A stretch of DNA of 64,000 bases from Azolla caroliniana (GCA_043228905.1 JBHGNT010000021.1:6262001-6326000), one strand, 5' to 3'; numbered from the stretch's first letter, positions 1 to 12,369 are shown. Notes: a model not told the origin generated them from the letters alone. A program made the numbers and translations.

Positions 1-1736
1 CCCAGTCAGATAATAGAAGAGATTTCGGTCGTGGAAACAGAGGTCGCTTCAGACAAGGCCATAATGATCGGCGGAATCAAGGGCGTAACTCCCACCAGTG
101 GCAAGCGGACAGGAATAGGCCCAGAGAGCTTGGTGGAAGGGGGAGTCATAACGCCAAACCGAGCAATCGCCGAAACCCAGTCGAGTGTGGGTACTGCGGA
201 AAACCCGGCCACTATGAAGAAGAGTGCCGAAAGAAGAAACGTAAGGCAAGTCGACAACTCACGAACTACGCCATAAACTCCGACTACGGCGACCGTGGCG
301 AAATGTTCATAATGAAGCACGAAGCACACTCGATGTCTGCATTTGCGACAACCAACGCCTCCACTCCTAATAGTGTATAATTTTTCGATTCGGGAGCTTC
401 CAATCACATGACTTCCCATGAAGATTGGTTTCGGGAATTATGGAAGCCCGAACGTCCCGGATATGTCAAAACAGGTGATGATACGACTCATCCAATACAA
501 CATATCGGGAATGTCCCATTCGGAAATGACGACGAACAGACCTACCTCAAGAACGTACTGCATGTTCCCACCATCACGAAAAATCTGGTCTCGGTCGGCT
601 ACGATTTGATCGCCTTTTTCAATGAAGCACCCATCATTGGTAAAGCGTACCTGCATTCCTTGTTCTACAATATGGCACAAGAGAATCGGCCACATCAATC
701 TCCAGAAGGTTCAGAACATGCAGACAAAAAGAGTCATAATCGGACTCCCGAACTTTACGGCAAAGGAGATCACGGGTGTGTGCGAAGCATGCCAATTCGG
801 AAAGGAACGCCGTCATCCATTCCCAAAAGAGCGGAATGTAAGCAAAGGGATCCTGGATGTCATACATTCAAACATGTGGGGACCAGCCCAAACGGTTACT
901 TTCGGCGGATGCCGTTACTATGTCACGTTCATCGACGATTTCTCCAGAAATACCTGGATTTATCCAATGAAGCAAAAGAGTGAAGTGTTCAGCCACTTCC
1001 AGAAGTTCAAAGCGGAAGTGGAAAAAGCCACGGGCCGGCATGTACGCTGCCTTCGATCAGATGGAGGCAAAGAATATTTTTCGGATGAGTTCTCGGCGTA
1101 TCTCCGCAAGGAAGGAGTCCGATGAGAGTTCTCGTGTCGACATACACCTCAGCAAAACGGTGTAGCTAAGCGTAAAAACCGCCACATGGTAGAAGTCGCA
1201 CGAGCCATGATGAATGAGAAGAACCTGCCAAAATCGTACTGGGCAGAACCGACGAACACATCCGTATACCTCCTAAATAGGTGCACAACCTCAGGAGTAC
1301 ACGACATAACTCCTCAGGAGAAGTTCTTTGGAAAGAAGCCAGACTTATTGCATGTCCGCATTTTCAGCTCTGTCGCCTACGTACATATTCCCGACGATAC
1401 GCGGCAAAAGCTTGACCCAAAGTTGGAGAAATGTATCCTCGTATGATACTCACTCAAACAGAAGGGGCACAAATGCTACAACCCATCTACCCTTAAGGTT
1501 CGAACAAGTCGAGACGTAGTCTTCGACGAATACGCACCCCGGTACGCACCGGAGAATACTTCGACTCCAACCTCTCTTGATGCGGATGACACCAAAATCA
1601 GAATAGAAGCTAAAGATCGTCTCACACCTATGCACGAAGAAAGTCCAATCTCGACATGGCTAAGCGGACCACAAGAGCCCCCAAGTGATCAAAGCACATC
1701 TCGGCCGAGTCCACTACTAGACAAAGGCAAGGCGAA
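1..1736 (+). pseudogene. Copia gag zinc knuckle, protease, GAG-pre-integrase and integrase (disrupted)
   Basis: CGYCGKPGHYEEEC at 186-227; *FFDSGASNHMT at 378-413; WHKRIGH, CEACQFGK, TFIDDFSR, LRSDGGKEY, PQQNGVA. Several in-frame stops. Confidence 0.93.
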
Positions 1737-2191
1737 TGTTACCCGTTTCTTTGGGTGAACACCTTCGATAGATCTGCGTCTATCGGTCTTCAAGGGCGTG
1801 GTACGTGAAGGCTCGTAACAGAGGCGTCGAGAGAGATACAGGGCTCAGAGAGAAAACACTAGCGAGGTCTTGATAGACGTGGCAGCATAAAACTCATAGG
1901 TATGGATCAAGCACAAACTCATGCAACAAAATAGGCACAAATAAGATATATTACTATGACAGAAAAGATTACAAAACACGGCCTATGGCCGGTGACCTTA
2001 CGAGTTTATCTAATTACGAATGACTAAGTTAGTGCTTCCGCCTATAGTTTTCTTCTCTCCCTTCTCTGAGGTACTGCTCCTCGTTTAAATAACTTTTCCC
2101 CTAATACACAGCCGAGCCATCGGTGGCCCGTGATACTCGGACTCGGCGTTTGCTAATTTCCTAATTTTACATTTCTATCCTCTGGACAACA
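1737..2191 (-). repeat. 3' LTR of Gypsy A
   Basis: Direct repeat of 12370-12824; about 13 substitutions in 455 bp by eye; TATTTAAA on the minus strand. Confidence 0.95.
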
Positions 2192-2193
2192 CC

Positions 2194-2232
2194 TGGCACG
2201 CCCGTGGGACAGGACCTTGTCCGTCGGACCCA
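2194..2232 (+). promoter_or_regulatory. tRNA-complementary site (second, inverted PBS-like element) occupying the PPT position of Gypsy A
   Basis: TGGCACGCCCGTGGGAC-AGGACCTTGTCCG-TCGGACCCA, 2 nt from the LTR. No purine tract precedes the 3' LTR on the element strand. Homologous motif at 61158-61196. Confidence 0.75.
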
Positions 2233-2289
2233 TGACTTACAAAATACTAACAATATTACAAAAATTGCCTTTTAGGCGTGATCCTCGTT

Positions 2290-5200
2290 TCATTCCTCCT
2301 TTAAGATGTCGAGGATGCTTTCGGGGTCCGGGGTGGTGGCAGGGTGGTCTGGTTGGACTGTCGGTGCGGGGGTTTGAGTTTGGTCCGGGGGTGGCATATC
2401 TTCTCGGGCGTCCGCCTCGGGTGCGGCCGATTCTTCTGGTGGGGGTGTGGGTTCGTGGGCGCTGACCTCTACTTCGACAGGATTTGGTACCGTGTGGGCG
2501 TCTATGGAATGTCTGTTGGCCGGGGCAAGTTCCTCCTGTGCTGTGTCCGTGATCTCCTTGCTGGGAGATTCTTCTTTCTGCTCTGTGGCCGTTGGAGGGC
2601 TGGTGGGGATGGCTGCGAGTCGTTCTCGTTCGAAGGCTTCTGCTTCCATGCGAAACAACATATGACCGTCATTGAAGTCCTCCATTATTTGCTCGATTGC
2701 CGCGGCGTGAGATTTTGCCAAGGACTGGTAATCCTCGGTTAAATCTGCACGCAGGTTTTGAATGCTGGCTTCGTCCATTTTGTAGAAGCCGCGGCCCTCC
2801 TTCCGTCAGTTCTCGGCAGCTTGGGCTGCCCATTCGTCTCCTGCGCGACTTAATGTTTCCTCGACTTTTTTGGTAAGGTGGTGGCACTGTTTCTCGATCA
2901 GTATTCGGATGCGTGTCTCATCCATGCCGGGCTGTGCTCGGATGGCTGCTAATTCATGTTTTAAGCCATCGACCTCGGCCTGAATCTTCTGTGTTCTTAG
3001 CTCATAGATGGCCTGAGTGTTCTTTGCATCCGCGGTTACGAGCTGGAGAGCCTGCTCGTAACGCTTGGTGAGTTCTTCGGTGACACGTGGCTCGGATTTG
3101 TTCCCGTTCGACGATTCTCTCTTCTTGTAGAGCGAAGTAGGAATCCGATAATGCGTCTTATTGATCCGAAAGTAGCTTGCATTTGATGAAAAATTCATCA
3201 GCCATCTCTTTAAGGGTCGTACGCTGACTCTGCAGCTCAGCATTCTCCGCGTTCATCCTCTCCTCCCGTTGGCGATTTCTTTCCTCCTTCTGTTGGTTCC
3301 AGTCTTTTGCATTGTCGAGCGCGGCCTGTAGGTCTAGAACCTCCTTCTCTTTCTTCACCACTGTGGCTGCGTATTCCTCCAGCTTGCTTTTGAGTTCGGC
3401 TTCCTTGCCCGCGGCTTGCGCTTGTACCCGGCCCAGTGCTTCATTCTGCTCGTGTATCCTTTGGGCCTGGGCTCTTATCTCGGCCATCTGCTTGGAAGCT
3501 TCTTCTTTTAGGCGAGCCATCGCCTCTTGATGTCGTTGTTCGTGTCTCTCGGTTCGCCGTTGTTCTTCTTTAAGCTCCGCACGGTAATCTCGGAGCGGGG
3601 GTTCTGTCTGGGTTGCCACCTCCTTGGGTGCACGAGGTGGGGGTATCTCGGTCTTCTCCATGGGCGTGGGCGCCTCGGTTGTTGTGCAGGCATCGACCAT
3701 TTGTAACGAGTCCGTTTGTGTACTGGCCTGCACCTTTAGGATTGAGTCGGTGATGGTGCTTTCATCCATCATTGTTATGCGTGGAGGCGCTGGGAGGGCC
3801 TCGGTGGTCGTTACCGGAAGGCTCAGGAGTTGTTGTTCCGGCCGGTTTTGCTCCCAGGCTACCAGCTTCTGGTTCGCAGCGTGCCATAGTTCTGTAGCCA
3901 TCTTAGCCTGTTTTTGGGCTATTTTTATCTTTCGGGCCATGTCTTTGGCTGCCCGCGTACTGCGATCCAGGTCCCGATATGCCTCGATAAGGGCCGTGTT
4001 CAACTCGGGGACCTCCATGAGGAGAGCGGCCTGTTTTGCCTGCTTCTTCCTCCCGATTTTTTGTAAAGCCCTGTCCTCCTGGGGCTCAATTTCACCTATT
4101 AGCGCGCGTTAAATCATTTTTGTTTCGGCGTGCTCTTCCGCCATTCGAGCGGCTGCCGCGACTTGGGCTCTAGCGAGGAAGTCGACCAGCTCGAATGACG
4201 TACCGAGGCGTAGGAGCGCACTAAATTCGTAAGCCTCCGCGGGGAGGTCCTTATACCCGAGGACTTCATCCTCTGAGATCTATGTTGTCTGCCCATGCTC
4301 GATCGTTCCCTGGTTCAGCGATGCCTCCGCAGGGGTGATGGCCAGGTTGCTCTGTCTGACCACTAAGGCTTGCTCCTGTTGTGGCTCCTTCTGTTCTTCC
4401 GAGGATTCACGGTTGAGTCGTCTTCTCTTGCTTGGCTGTGTTTGGGGTTCCGGGGCCGGTAGTGTCGTTTCCTCCGCCTGCTTCCTTTTTTGGGGTCGTG
4501 GTGGTGCAGCCTGCTGTGTGTTGGGGCGTGGGCTAGGTCCTGGGGATGTTACCGAGGGGCGCGACGTTGGCTGTCGAATGGTGATGTCATCGGCCGTGTT
4601 GTCTTCCGCAGCTACCTCCTCCTCCCATTCTTGCCAGGTCTCGGAAACTACCCTTTTTTGTTGGGGTTGGGCGGATGGTGGTGCAGATGCGGTTTTTTGG
4701 TCGGCGACAGGGGGTGAAGGCGATGTGGGCTCCTCCCATGCTTCGTGGCTGATGGCCACGAATTTCTCTCTCTGCCTTCGTGGTGGTGGTGGGGACGTGA
4801 GTGTGCGAGGGGAAGGAAGCGAAGAGGGTGGGTATAGAACCATCAAAAAGTGGGTAAGAACAGACAACATCTTCTTACCGGACTGAAATGAAGCTAAGGC
4901 GGCGCGAAGTCCCTCGCCTGTGATGATTCCCCAATCGATTCTGTTTCCTTCATACGCGCTGATGATGATAGCTGCCTTGTTCTGCGGCATGCTCGTTGGG
5001 TTCGTATGCATGAACGCATACTCCATCAATATACGAGCAATCTCCCCGAAAGCTTTGTTGGGACCGCCATACGTGCGATATGCCTTCCCTGAGACTGAGT
5101 ACTCGCCGAAATATGCCTTCATCTTCGATGCCGGGGGTATGTCGACCTCATGGTCCCCTCCCCGTTGCAGGTCCAAAACAGCCCGAAGCACGTTGTTGGT

Positions 5201-5335
5201 GATGGCTTCGGGACTTATACGTTTAGCCATAGTTTGGGCATCTGGGTGCGCGGGGGCATCGATGATTTTCAGGTAACCGCCCATTCCTCGTTCCTGGAGC
5301 CAGGTGCGGGTTTTTGTTGAGGCGGTAAGAGGCAT
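2290..5335 (-). pseudogene. Extra 3' ORF of Gypsy A (~1015 codons ancestrally): globular N-terminus, Pro-rich linker, long coiled coil, acidic tail
   Basis: ORF-track pieces 4280-5635, 3158-4018, 2806-3243 and 2290-2778 join through single TAG/TAA/TGA stops and one frameshift near 3085. Likely start MPLTAS at 5335. Confidence 0.75.
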
Positions 5336-5866
5336 GGTGGAGATGGAGGCTGGGTTCGACTGTGTGGAAGCGTGAAGCAAAGTGATGAGGCGAGGGCGAG
5401 CCACAGGAGGAACAGCAGGAAGGGGAAGTCCAGCAGAGAGGTTATGAGAGCGAAAGAGGGCTTGAGAGCAAGAGCGCTTAGCGTGATGAGGGCAAGACGG
5501 GGTTTCTGAGCTTGAGAGCGATGGAGATGGGGAGCGATAATGGTATGTGCTGCGTTTTGGAAACGGTTTTAGTAACTTACTCCTAGGGTTTTGTGCCTGA
5601 AGCGAATCCTGAAGATTCTGAGTCGTGGGTGCCATAATAAGTGACTAGCACCACGTGTCTTGAAGGTGAGTGGGGTGCTTCTAGTGCTTTGCATGTGCTT
5701 TGCATGTGTGAACAGCTTAAATAGGTACTAACTGAGTGGTGGCGAGGGGTGCTCCTAAAATTGTGGGTGCCTAGGTGGGTGGTGTAGGTGTAGCTAATCA
5801 GTGGCTAAACTATGGTTAATCCTACCTACTACTACTTTTATTAATTCCAAGAAGGTGGGTGAGTCC

Positions 5867-7465
5867 TTATTCAGGGGGACACATGGTGTCCTCCGTGGTG
5901 ATCTCCCGAGTCTTGTTTGTGCCGTGTGGCTCGGTAAACGGGTTGGGTGGTGTAGTCCCTCGATATGGTCGAAGTCGAAAACCATTGGCCCAGCTTTTGA
6001 TCGTGTCGCCGGCGAGTGTGCTGAGCTGGAACGTCCCGTTGAACTCGTCGATAATCCAGAATGGACCGGTCCACCGAAATCTTAATTTTCCCGGCATTGA
6101 CCCTAGTTGTGTTTGGAAAAGAAGAACTGGTTTGCCGATGGTGAGCTCCTTCTCCAGCCCATGTCGATGTCGATTCACGAAAGCCTTGCGTTGCCATTGC
6201 CGTTGTTCGAGCTGGGCCATACTCTCTATCCTATCTTCCCCGAGTTCGAGGAGTTGTTCCAGCCGGTATTGCTCGGATTCGGCCTCGGGGAGCCGTGCTT
6301 TGACTTGAACTCGAAGGCTCGGGACTTGGAACTCGACGGGCATTACGACTTCTAACCCGAACGCCATTCGAAAGGGGGTCGATTGGATGCTTGTTTTGAA
6401 AGTCGTACGATACTCCCACATCGCGCTCTGGAGTTTGTCATCCCAATCGGTCCTGTTTTCATTGACGATCTTCTTCAATATGGTTTGGAGGATTTTATTG
6501 GTCGATTCCGCCAAGCCGTTCGCCTGCGGGTAGTATGGTGTGCTTTTCTTGTGCACCACCGCGTAGTGGTGTGTAAGCTCACGTATTATGTGATTGATGA
6601 AGTGCCCACCTTGGTCACTAACGAGCTCGATTGGACATCCGTAACAGGCACCAAAGGTGCTCGTACACAAATTTAGCCGTGGATGCCGCCATGTTATCTC
6701 GGAGTGCCTTAGCCTCGACCCATTTGGTGCAGTAATCCGTGGCAACGATAATATACCTATTCCCTGTTCGGGCCGCGGGTGGTTTGAAAGGGCCTACAAA
6801 ATCCAAACCCCATTTTTGAAATGGGTCCAACGGAAGAATCGGCTAGTGTGGCATCCGTGACTGTTCCATTGGTTGCCCCAGATGTTGGCACAAATCGCAC
6901 TGCCGGCAAAACTCGTGAGCGTCTTTCTTCGTTGTCGGCCACCACAATCCACTTTGCCAAACTTTCCTTGCTGTGGAATCCCCGGCGTAGTGCACCCCAG
7001 CTACTCCCTGGTGGGCTTCCTGGAGAACGGCGTTCTTCTCGAATTGCCGAATCGCGCGGCGCCATATGCCGTCTGAGCCTTTGTGGTAGAGAATGTCCGA
7101 GACAAGGCAAAAATTCCTGCTACGCACTGCTAGGCGTTTTCTCTTTCAAGGGTCATGTGCTCGGGAGGTACATCGATAAAATCGCACTGCCGGCAAAACT
7201 CGTGAGCGTCTTTCTTCGTTTTCGGCCACCACAATCCACTTTGCCAAACTTTCCTTGCTGTGGAATCCCCGGCGTAGTGCACCCCAGCTACTCCCTGGTG
7301 GGCTTCCTGGAGAACGGCGTTCTTCTCGAATTGCCGAATCGCGCGGCACCATATGCCGTCTGAGCCTTTGTGGTAGAGAATGTCCGAGACAAGGCAAAAA
7401 TTCCGGCTACGCACTGCTAGGCGTTTTCTCTTTCAAGGGTCATGTGCTCGGGAGGTACATCGATA
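5867..7465 (-). pseudogene. Gypsy A integrase (disrupted)
   Basis: H(6)H...CRQCDLC zinc-binding region, [40 protein letters not shown]. Confidence 0.92.
6892..7465. repeat. 287-bp tandem duplication in the integrase N-terminus
   Basis: 6892-7178 and 7179-7465 are near-identical; ORFs 6843-7127 and 7130-7414 are duplicates. Confidence 0.93.
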
Positions 7466-10140
7466 GTGAGAAAATGGGTCATCTTCGTGATCCATTCATC
7501 TCCGTTATCGTCTGGTACCGTGGTCAGGTTAAATAGGCTGGCATCCGGTAGCTCGTCGTACGTTGTTTTCGCCGGTTCTCCTGACTCAAGACGGCTCAAG
7601 TAGTCGGCGACGGCATGTTGTACCCCGGGTCGATGCTGAATCTGAAAATCAAACTCTTGTAGTAGGAGCATCCACTGAGCCAACCGTCCGGTGAGGGCTT
7701 TTTTATTGACCAAATAAAGAAGGGTCGAGTGATCCACGTGAAAGGTAAATTTTCGACCCAAGAGGTAATGCCGAAATTTATTGATGTTATAAATCATACC
7801 GAGGGCCTCCCACTCGGTGGTGGAGTAATTCTTTTCCGCGGTCGAGAGCCGTCGGCTGGCGTAGTACACGGGCCTATACCAATTCGGGGGTGTGCATTGC
7901 ATCAGAGCACTTCTGATGGCGATGTCTGAAGCATCTACGAAGACATGAAACGGTTCGGACCAAACCAGAGACTGGACCACCGGGGCATGTGACAACATTC
8001 GTTTCAGGGTCTGATAGGCCGTGTCCTCGACTGAAGTCCATTGGAAAGGAAGGCGATGGACTGCCGCATGTAAGGGTGCCGAGAAATCGGCCAAGTGTCT
8101 TATCATTCGGCTGTGCCACCGGATTTGTCCCAAAAAACGGTGTGTTGTTGTTACGCGCGTGCGTGGAGAAAGGTGGGACCACGGGGGTCTTGGACTAGAG
8201 AGCGATGGAGCGTAGGAAGTCGTGCTTCACTATTTCCGGGGCATCCCAGAAACACACCGGAAGCAACCGAAGGGAGAGAGAGAGATTAACACCGACTCAC
8301 GCACACACACACACACACACACAACCACACACTCGTACACACAGCTCAACTCGACTCGCACCTTATGTACAGAAAACGCAGGAGAGGGTAAGCACCCGAT
8401 GCCAACAGCGACGCGAATATACACAGACAAACGTAAACGTATATGTTTGTATATATATGAAGAATACATTCCCGGCTTCGAGCCAAACCAAGATAGCTTA
8501 CAACAGTCGTCTGCTGTCAAGCCGCCATCGGGGAGCTCTCGGGCTCGTCGCGCCGAGCGGGGTCTTGCACAGGAGATGAGCTGCAGCAAACCCTAAGCGA
8601 ACACGAAGGAGAAGAAGAAGAAGAAGAAGCTAACTCTAAACCTAACGGTATACCCTCTAATGCAAAATGGGCAACCCTTACACAAAGGGCGTTCCCTTCC
8701 TTTTATAGAACAAGGACAGGGATGCGTTACAATGTGGGATAAATCCCGACTTACATGGGATCATCTGTCCCGACTTGACTACTCTTCGGCGCCATAAAGG
8801 CGCCCTCAATATTCACACTAAATGTACATGGGTGCGTACACACGTTGCACCCCGCCGGTGTAGCCAATGTTTCCCGGTTTCCGCCTCTAGCCGAAATTCT
8901 TCACGACAACGGTTTAGTGCCTTAGCGTTCGAGGGTGTGGTGGCATTCATGATTGCCTTTACTTTATCCAGGTCCATAGTGATGCCTTCTTGACTGACAA
9001 TGTGGCCAAGAAGGTTGTCGCTGGTGACTAAGAACGCGCATTTCGCCGGGTTTTAACTCAATCGAGCTTGGCGACATCGGTCCAGGCAGAGTCGTAACTG
9101 GGTCATGTGTTCCCGTCGATGGCCATACACGGCGAAATCGTCGAGAAAGACTTGCATGAACGTCGGGATGTAGTCATGAAAGATTTCGGTGATGATGCGT
9201 TGGAACGTAGCCGGTGCCGTTTTTAGACCGAACATCATAACTTCTGCTACAAAAACACCCCATTCCGTGACGAAAGCAGTTTTCTCCTGATCCTCCGGGT
9301 GCATTCTTATCTGGTTATAGCCGTTGAACCCGTCGAGGAAACTGTAGCATTCGTGGCCGGCTACCGTGTTGAGGACGCTATCCGTGAATGGGAGAGGGAA
9401 ACCGTCGGTGACTGTTGCCGCGTTAAGCTTCTGATAGTCGACGCAGACGCGGATTTTTCCGTTCTTCTTTGGGACCATTGCGATCGGGCTCAACCATGTA
9501 GCACATTTAACAGGGCGAATGAAGCCTACTCGGAGTAGTTTGTCAATTTCCTCTTTGACTTTAGCGGCGTAGTTGGGGTTCATCCTGTAGCGCCTCTGCT
9601 GAACCGGCCGAGTGTCGGGTAAGATGTGAATTTGATGTTGGTAGTATTGAGGATCCAACCCCTTGATATCGGTGTAAGACCAAGCGAAAACATCCTGGTA
9701 GTCGGTGAGTAATTTTACGAGGCATGCCCGTTCGCCGGTTGGTAGATTATTGGCAATTTGTACCGTACGGGGATTCTCGTCCGAACCGAGGTTTATTGTT
9801 TCCAGGGTTGATGCTTTCACTCGTTGTGAAATGGCGAGTTCGCGTTCGAAAGCCTCCCGAGCATGACGTAGCTCGGCAACTGTGGTTGCATATGGTTCAT
9901 CCTGGGGTGGTGACTCCTCCGTGACTTCCTCGTCTTTAGATGGCTCGATTGTTGGTAAGGCATTGATTTCGAAGAGAGGGATGATCGTGGGATGATCATC
10001 TAGGAAGTCATCGACCTCCTCATCGGCCAACCCGTTGAGCATATGGACCCCTTCCGTGTATAACGGCGAAGTGTTGAGGGCGACGGGGACTCGTTCTTCA
10101 GTGATGATTCGGACTTTTGTCTTTCCTCTTCGGAACGAGA
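7466..10140 (-). pseudogene. Gypsy A reverse transcriptase and RNase H, split by a solo LTR
   Basis: VCVDYQKLN, SFLDGFNGYNQI, MMFGLKTAPATFQR, VFLDDFAVYG; VFVDASDIAI, EKNYSTTE, VDHSTL, VADYLSR. Confidence 0.92.
8141..8908 (-). mobile_element. Solo LTR (768 bp) related to Gypsy family B
   Basis: Minus-strand termini TGTCGTGAAGA... and ...CTCCACGCACGCGCGTAACAACAACACA resemble the B LTR ends. 4-bp TSD ACGG (8137-8140, 8909-8912); removal restores host frame ALNRFLGQI. Confidence 0.88.
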
Positions 10141-12178
10141 TCATGTTGTGTTGCCAATTTGCTTGATATTCGCTGTACGCAACCATGGTCGACCTAGTAA
10201 CATTGGGTAGGCACCCTGTGGCTCCAGTCGTAGCACGACGGCCGAGATCGTGAACATGTGGCCTCTGAGTGTGAAGTCGAGATGGCTGATTAGACCAATG
10301 GGGCGAACGGAGCGGGTGTCGGCCATCCGAAGCCAAAAGGGGCATGGTTCCCATTGATTCAGGCCGAGGTTGAGACACGTTGACTCGCTAATAATGTTTA
10401 CGCCGGATCCGTCGTCGATGATGCATCCGTGCAAGTCTTGTCCCTTAATGATGATAAGCACGGCTGGGTTCTGAGAATCCATGAGTGGTGGACCGGTTCC
10501 TGCTTCGGTGAGGTGTACCGGTGGTGTCACGGCCTTAGTATTGGCCTGGAGTGCCTCCAGGGTGTCCCAAAATCTTGGCATGAGTGGTAGCAGTTTATGT
10601 AGGGGCAGCGAGATGCGGGAGTTGGTAAGAACATCCCATAGTTGGTCGTCCTCCGACGTCGTGGATGGTGTCGGGGTTTGTGGTACTTCGCAGGGCCCAT
10701 CCCTCATTTCAGTTTGCATGCGTGCAGCATTATTTTTATTGGCCGTGTCGACCCATTCTTTTGCTGCCTGTCGTACGTCATCTTGGATTTGCCACTGAGT
10801 AGTCTGCGCTTTACTCAGGGTAGTGACCGTTTGAACATCGGCCATGATATTGTTCACCACGGGTGCCTTGCCACGGTTGGTTGTCGGACATTGCATGGCG
10901 TAGTGGCCTGGTTGATTACATTTAAAACATGTCACATTGGCCGAGCTGCTAGAGTCCGCTCGGTCTGTGTGTGGAAGTTGTTGTTGTTGATTCTCGGTCT
11001 CGTTTGGTGGTGGGTTGTTCCGAGATGCGTTGGAGTTGCGCTGATCATGTTGAGGAGCGTCCCGTCGGCGGTTGTGATTAGGTCTTCTATTGTTGCGTGT
11101 GTTGCGGTTGCCGTTTCACCGATCAATGCGTGAGTTCCTTCGGGCATACCGATCATCGCGATCGTCATCGTATCGAGCATAATCCTCGTGCCGGTCATCG
11201 CGATAATAATCACGGCGGTTATCACGTTGGTAGTCGTCGTCTCGGCGCCATCGATCCGGGGATCACGGTTGGTTGTTATCCTGGTCTCGATATATATATC
11301 GCTCGTCCTACCGAGAGTATGTATTTCGTGGCTCGATCTGGCGGACCGGTGCCGCCGTTGTGCGGTTCAGCATATTATACTCGCACTACTCGACCGTGTG
11401 AGCTCGAGACTGACAGATCAGACATTGTGGTCGGTGGGGACATTCGAGGGCCAGGTGCCCTGATCCTGAACACGCAGTGCATTGGAGGGCTTCGCGAAAG
11501 CGATTGTCCTCTTGGGGAAGATCGTTTTGCAAGGATGTCATCGAAAAAAGCCGTGCCGTGCTGGTTCCAATCGAGGGCGAGAACGCACGCTATGACTTGT
11601 TCGATAGTATGGTTGGCGAAATTTGTAAGTGGCTCACGTAAACTAGATAGGAAAGTGTCTGGTATATGTTGTGTCGAGACATCATCGGCCACTTGTCTGT
11701 AGAGATCCTGGAACCGGATCGTGAACTGCGCGACCGTTTCGTGCGGTTCCTGGCATATAGAGAAGAATTGCCGGAGCAATTCCCGTTTAGGCACCTCGCG
11801 ATGAAAAAGTTCAAGGAACTTTGTGCGCACGATTTGGAAAGTGGTGGCCTCTCCTATTTCGAGGCGAGAGTACCATCGTGCGGCCGGTCCATCGAGGGAG
11901 AGTGTGAACTCGGCAATCTTCGAGGCATCGATTTCGGCCGGCGTGAGGCGGTGCGTGGAGTGGTTAGCTTGCCACGTGGATATGAAGGCACGGACGTGTG
12001 ACTCCGCGTCTGGTCCGTCGGTATATCGTGGGTATGGGTACGGCATGATGTCGTACTGTGGGTCTTCTAGTAGCACCGGAAAAGGGTTTAGTTCCGGTTG
12101 ATTGACCTCCGGAGGGCTCGACGGGGGTTCTTGTGGTGAATCAACTCGCGATCGAGTGTCCGGTGGCGAGGATTGCAC
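10141..12178 (-). pseudogene. Gypsy A gag and aspartic protease (disrupted)
   Basis: Gag core LSLDGPAARWY...QEPHETVAQFTIRF; CFKCNQPGHYAMQC knuckle; CIIDDGSGVNII and LLGRPWL. Confidence 0.9.
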
Positions 12179-12354
12179 TGGACAAGCCCCCGATTGATCT
12201 GGAAAGGATTGGTCAGTGACCGCCGAGTCGAAAGGTCCTTCGACTGGCTCAGGGCGTCGGGTGGGTGGCCGAGACCTTGTGGTGCGAGAGGGCGCCGTAA
12301 CGGCGACTGGTGGTTACCTTCAACGAAGTTCGCTGTGCACTCACAGCTGTAACG

Positions 12355-12364
12355 GGGCGTGCCA
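12355..12364 (-). promoter_or_regulatory. Primer binding site of Gypsy A (tRNA-Arg-like, 10-nt match)
   Basis: Minus strand reads LTR-CAATT-TGGCACGCCC. tRNA identity is from recalled plant tRNA-Arg(UCU) 3' ends. Confidence 0.75.
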
Positions 12365-12369
12365 AATTG

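Noticed and set aside
4280-5635. Calling the Gypsy A extra ORF an envelope gene
   Set aside because: No clear signal peptide or transmembrane anchor in the reconstructed protein.
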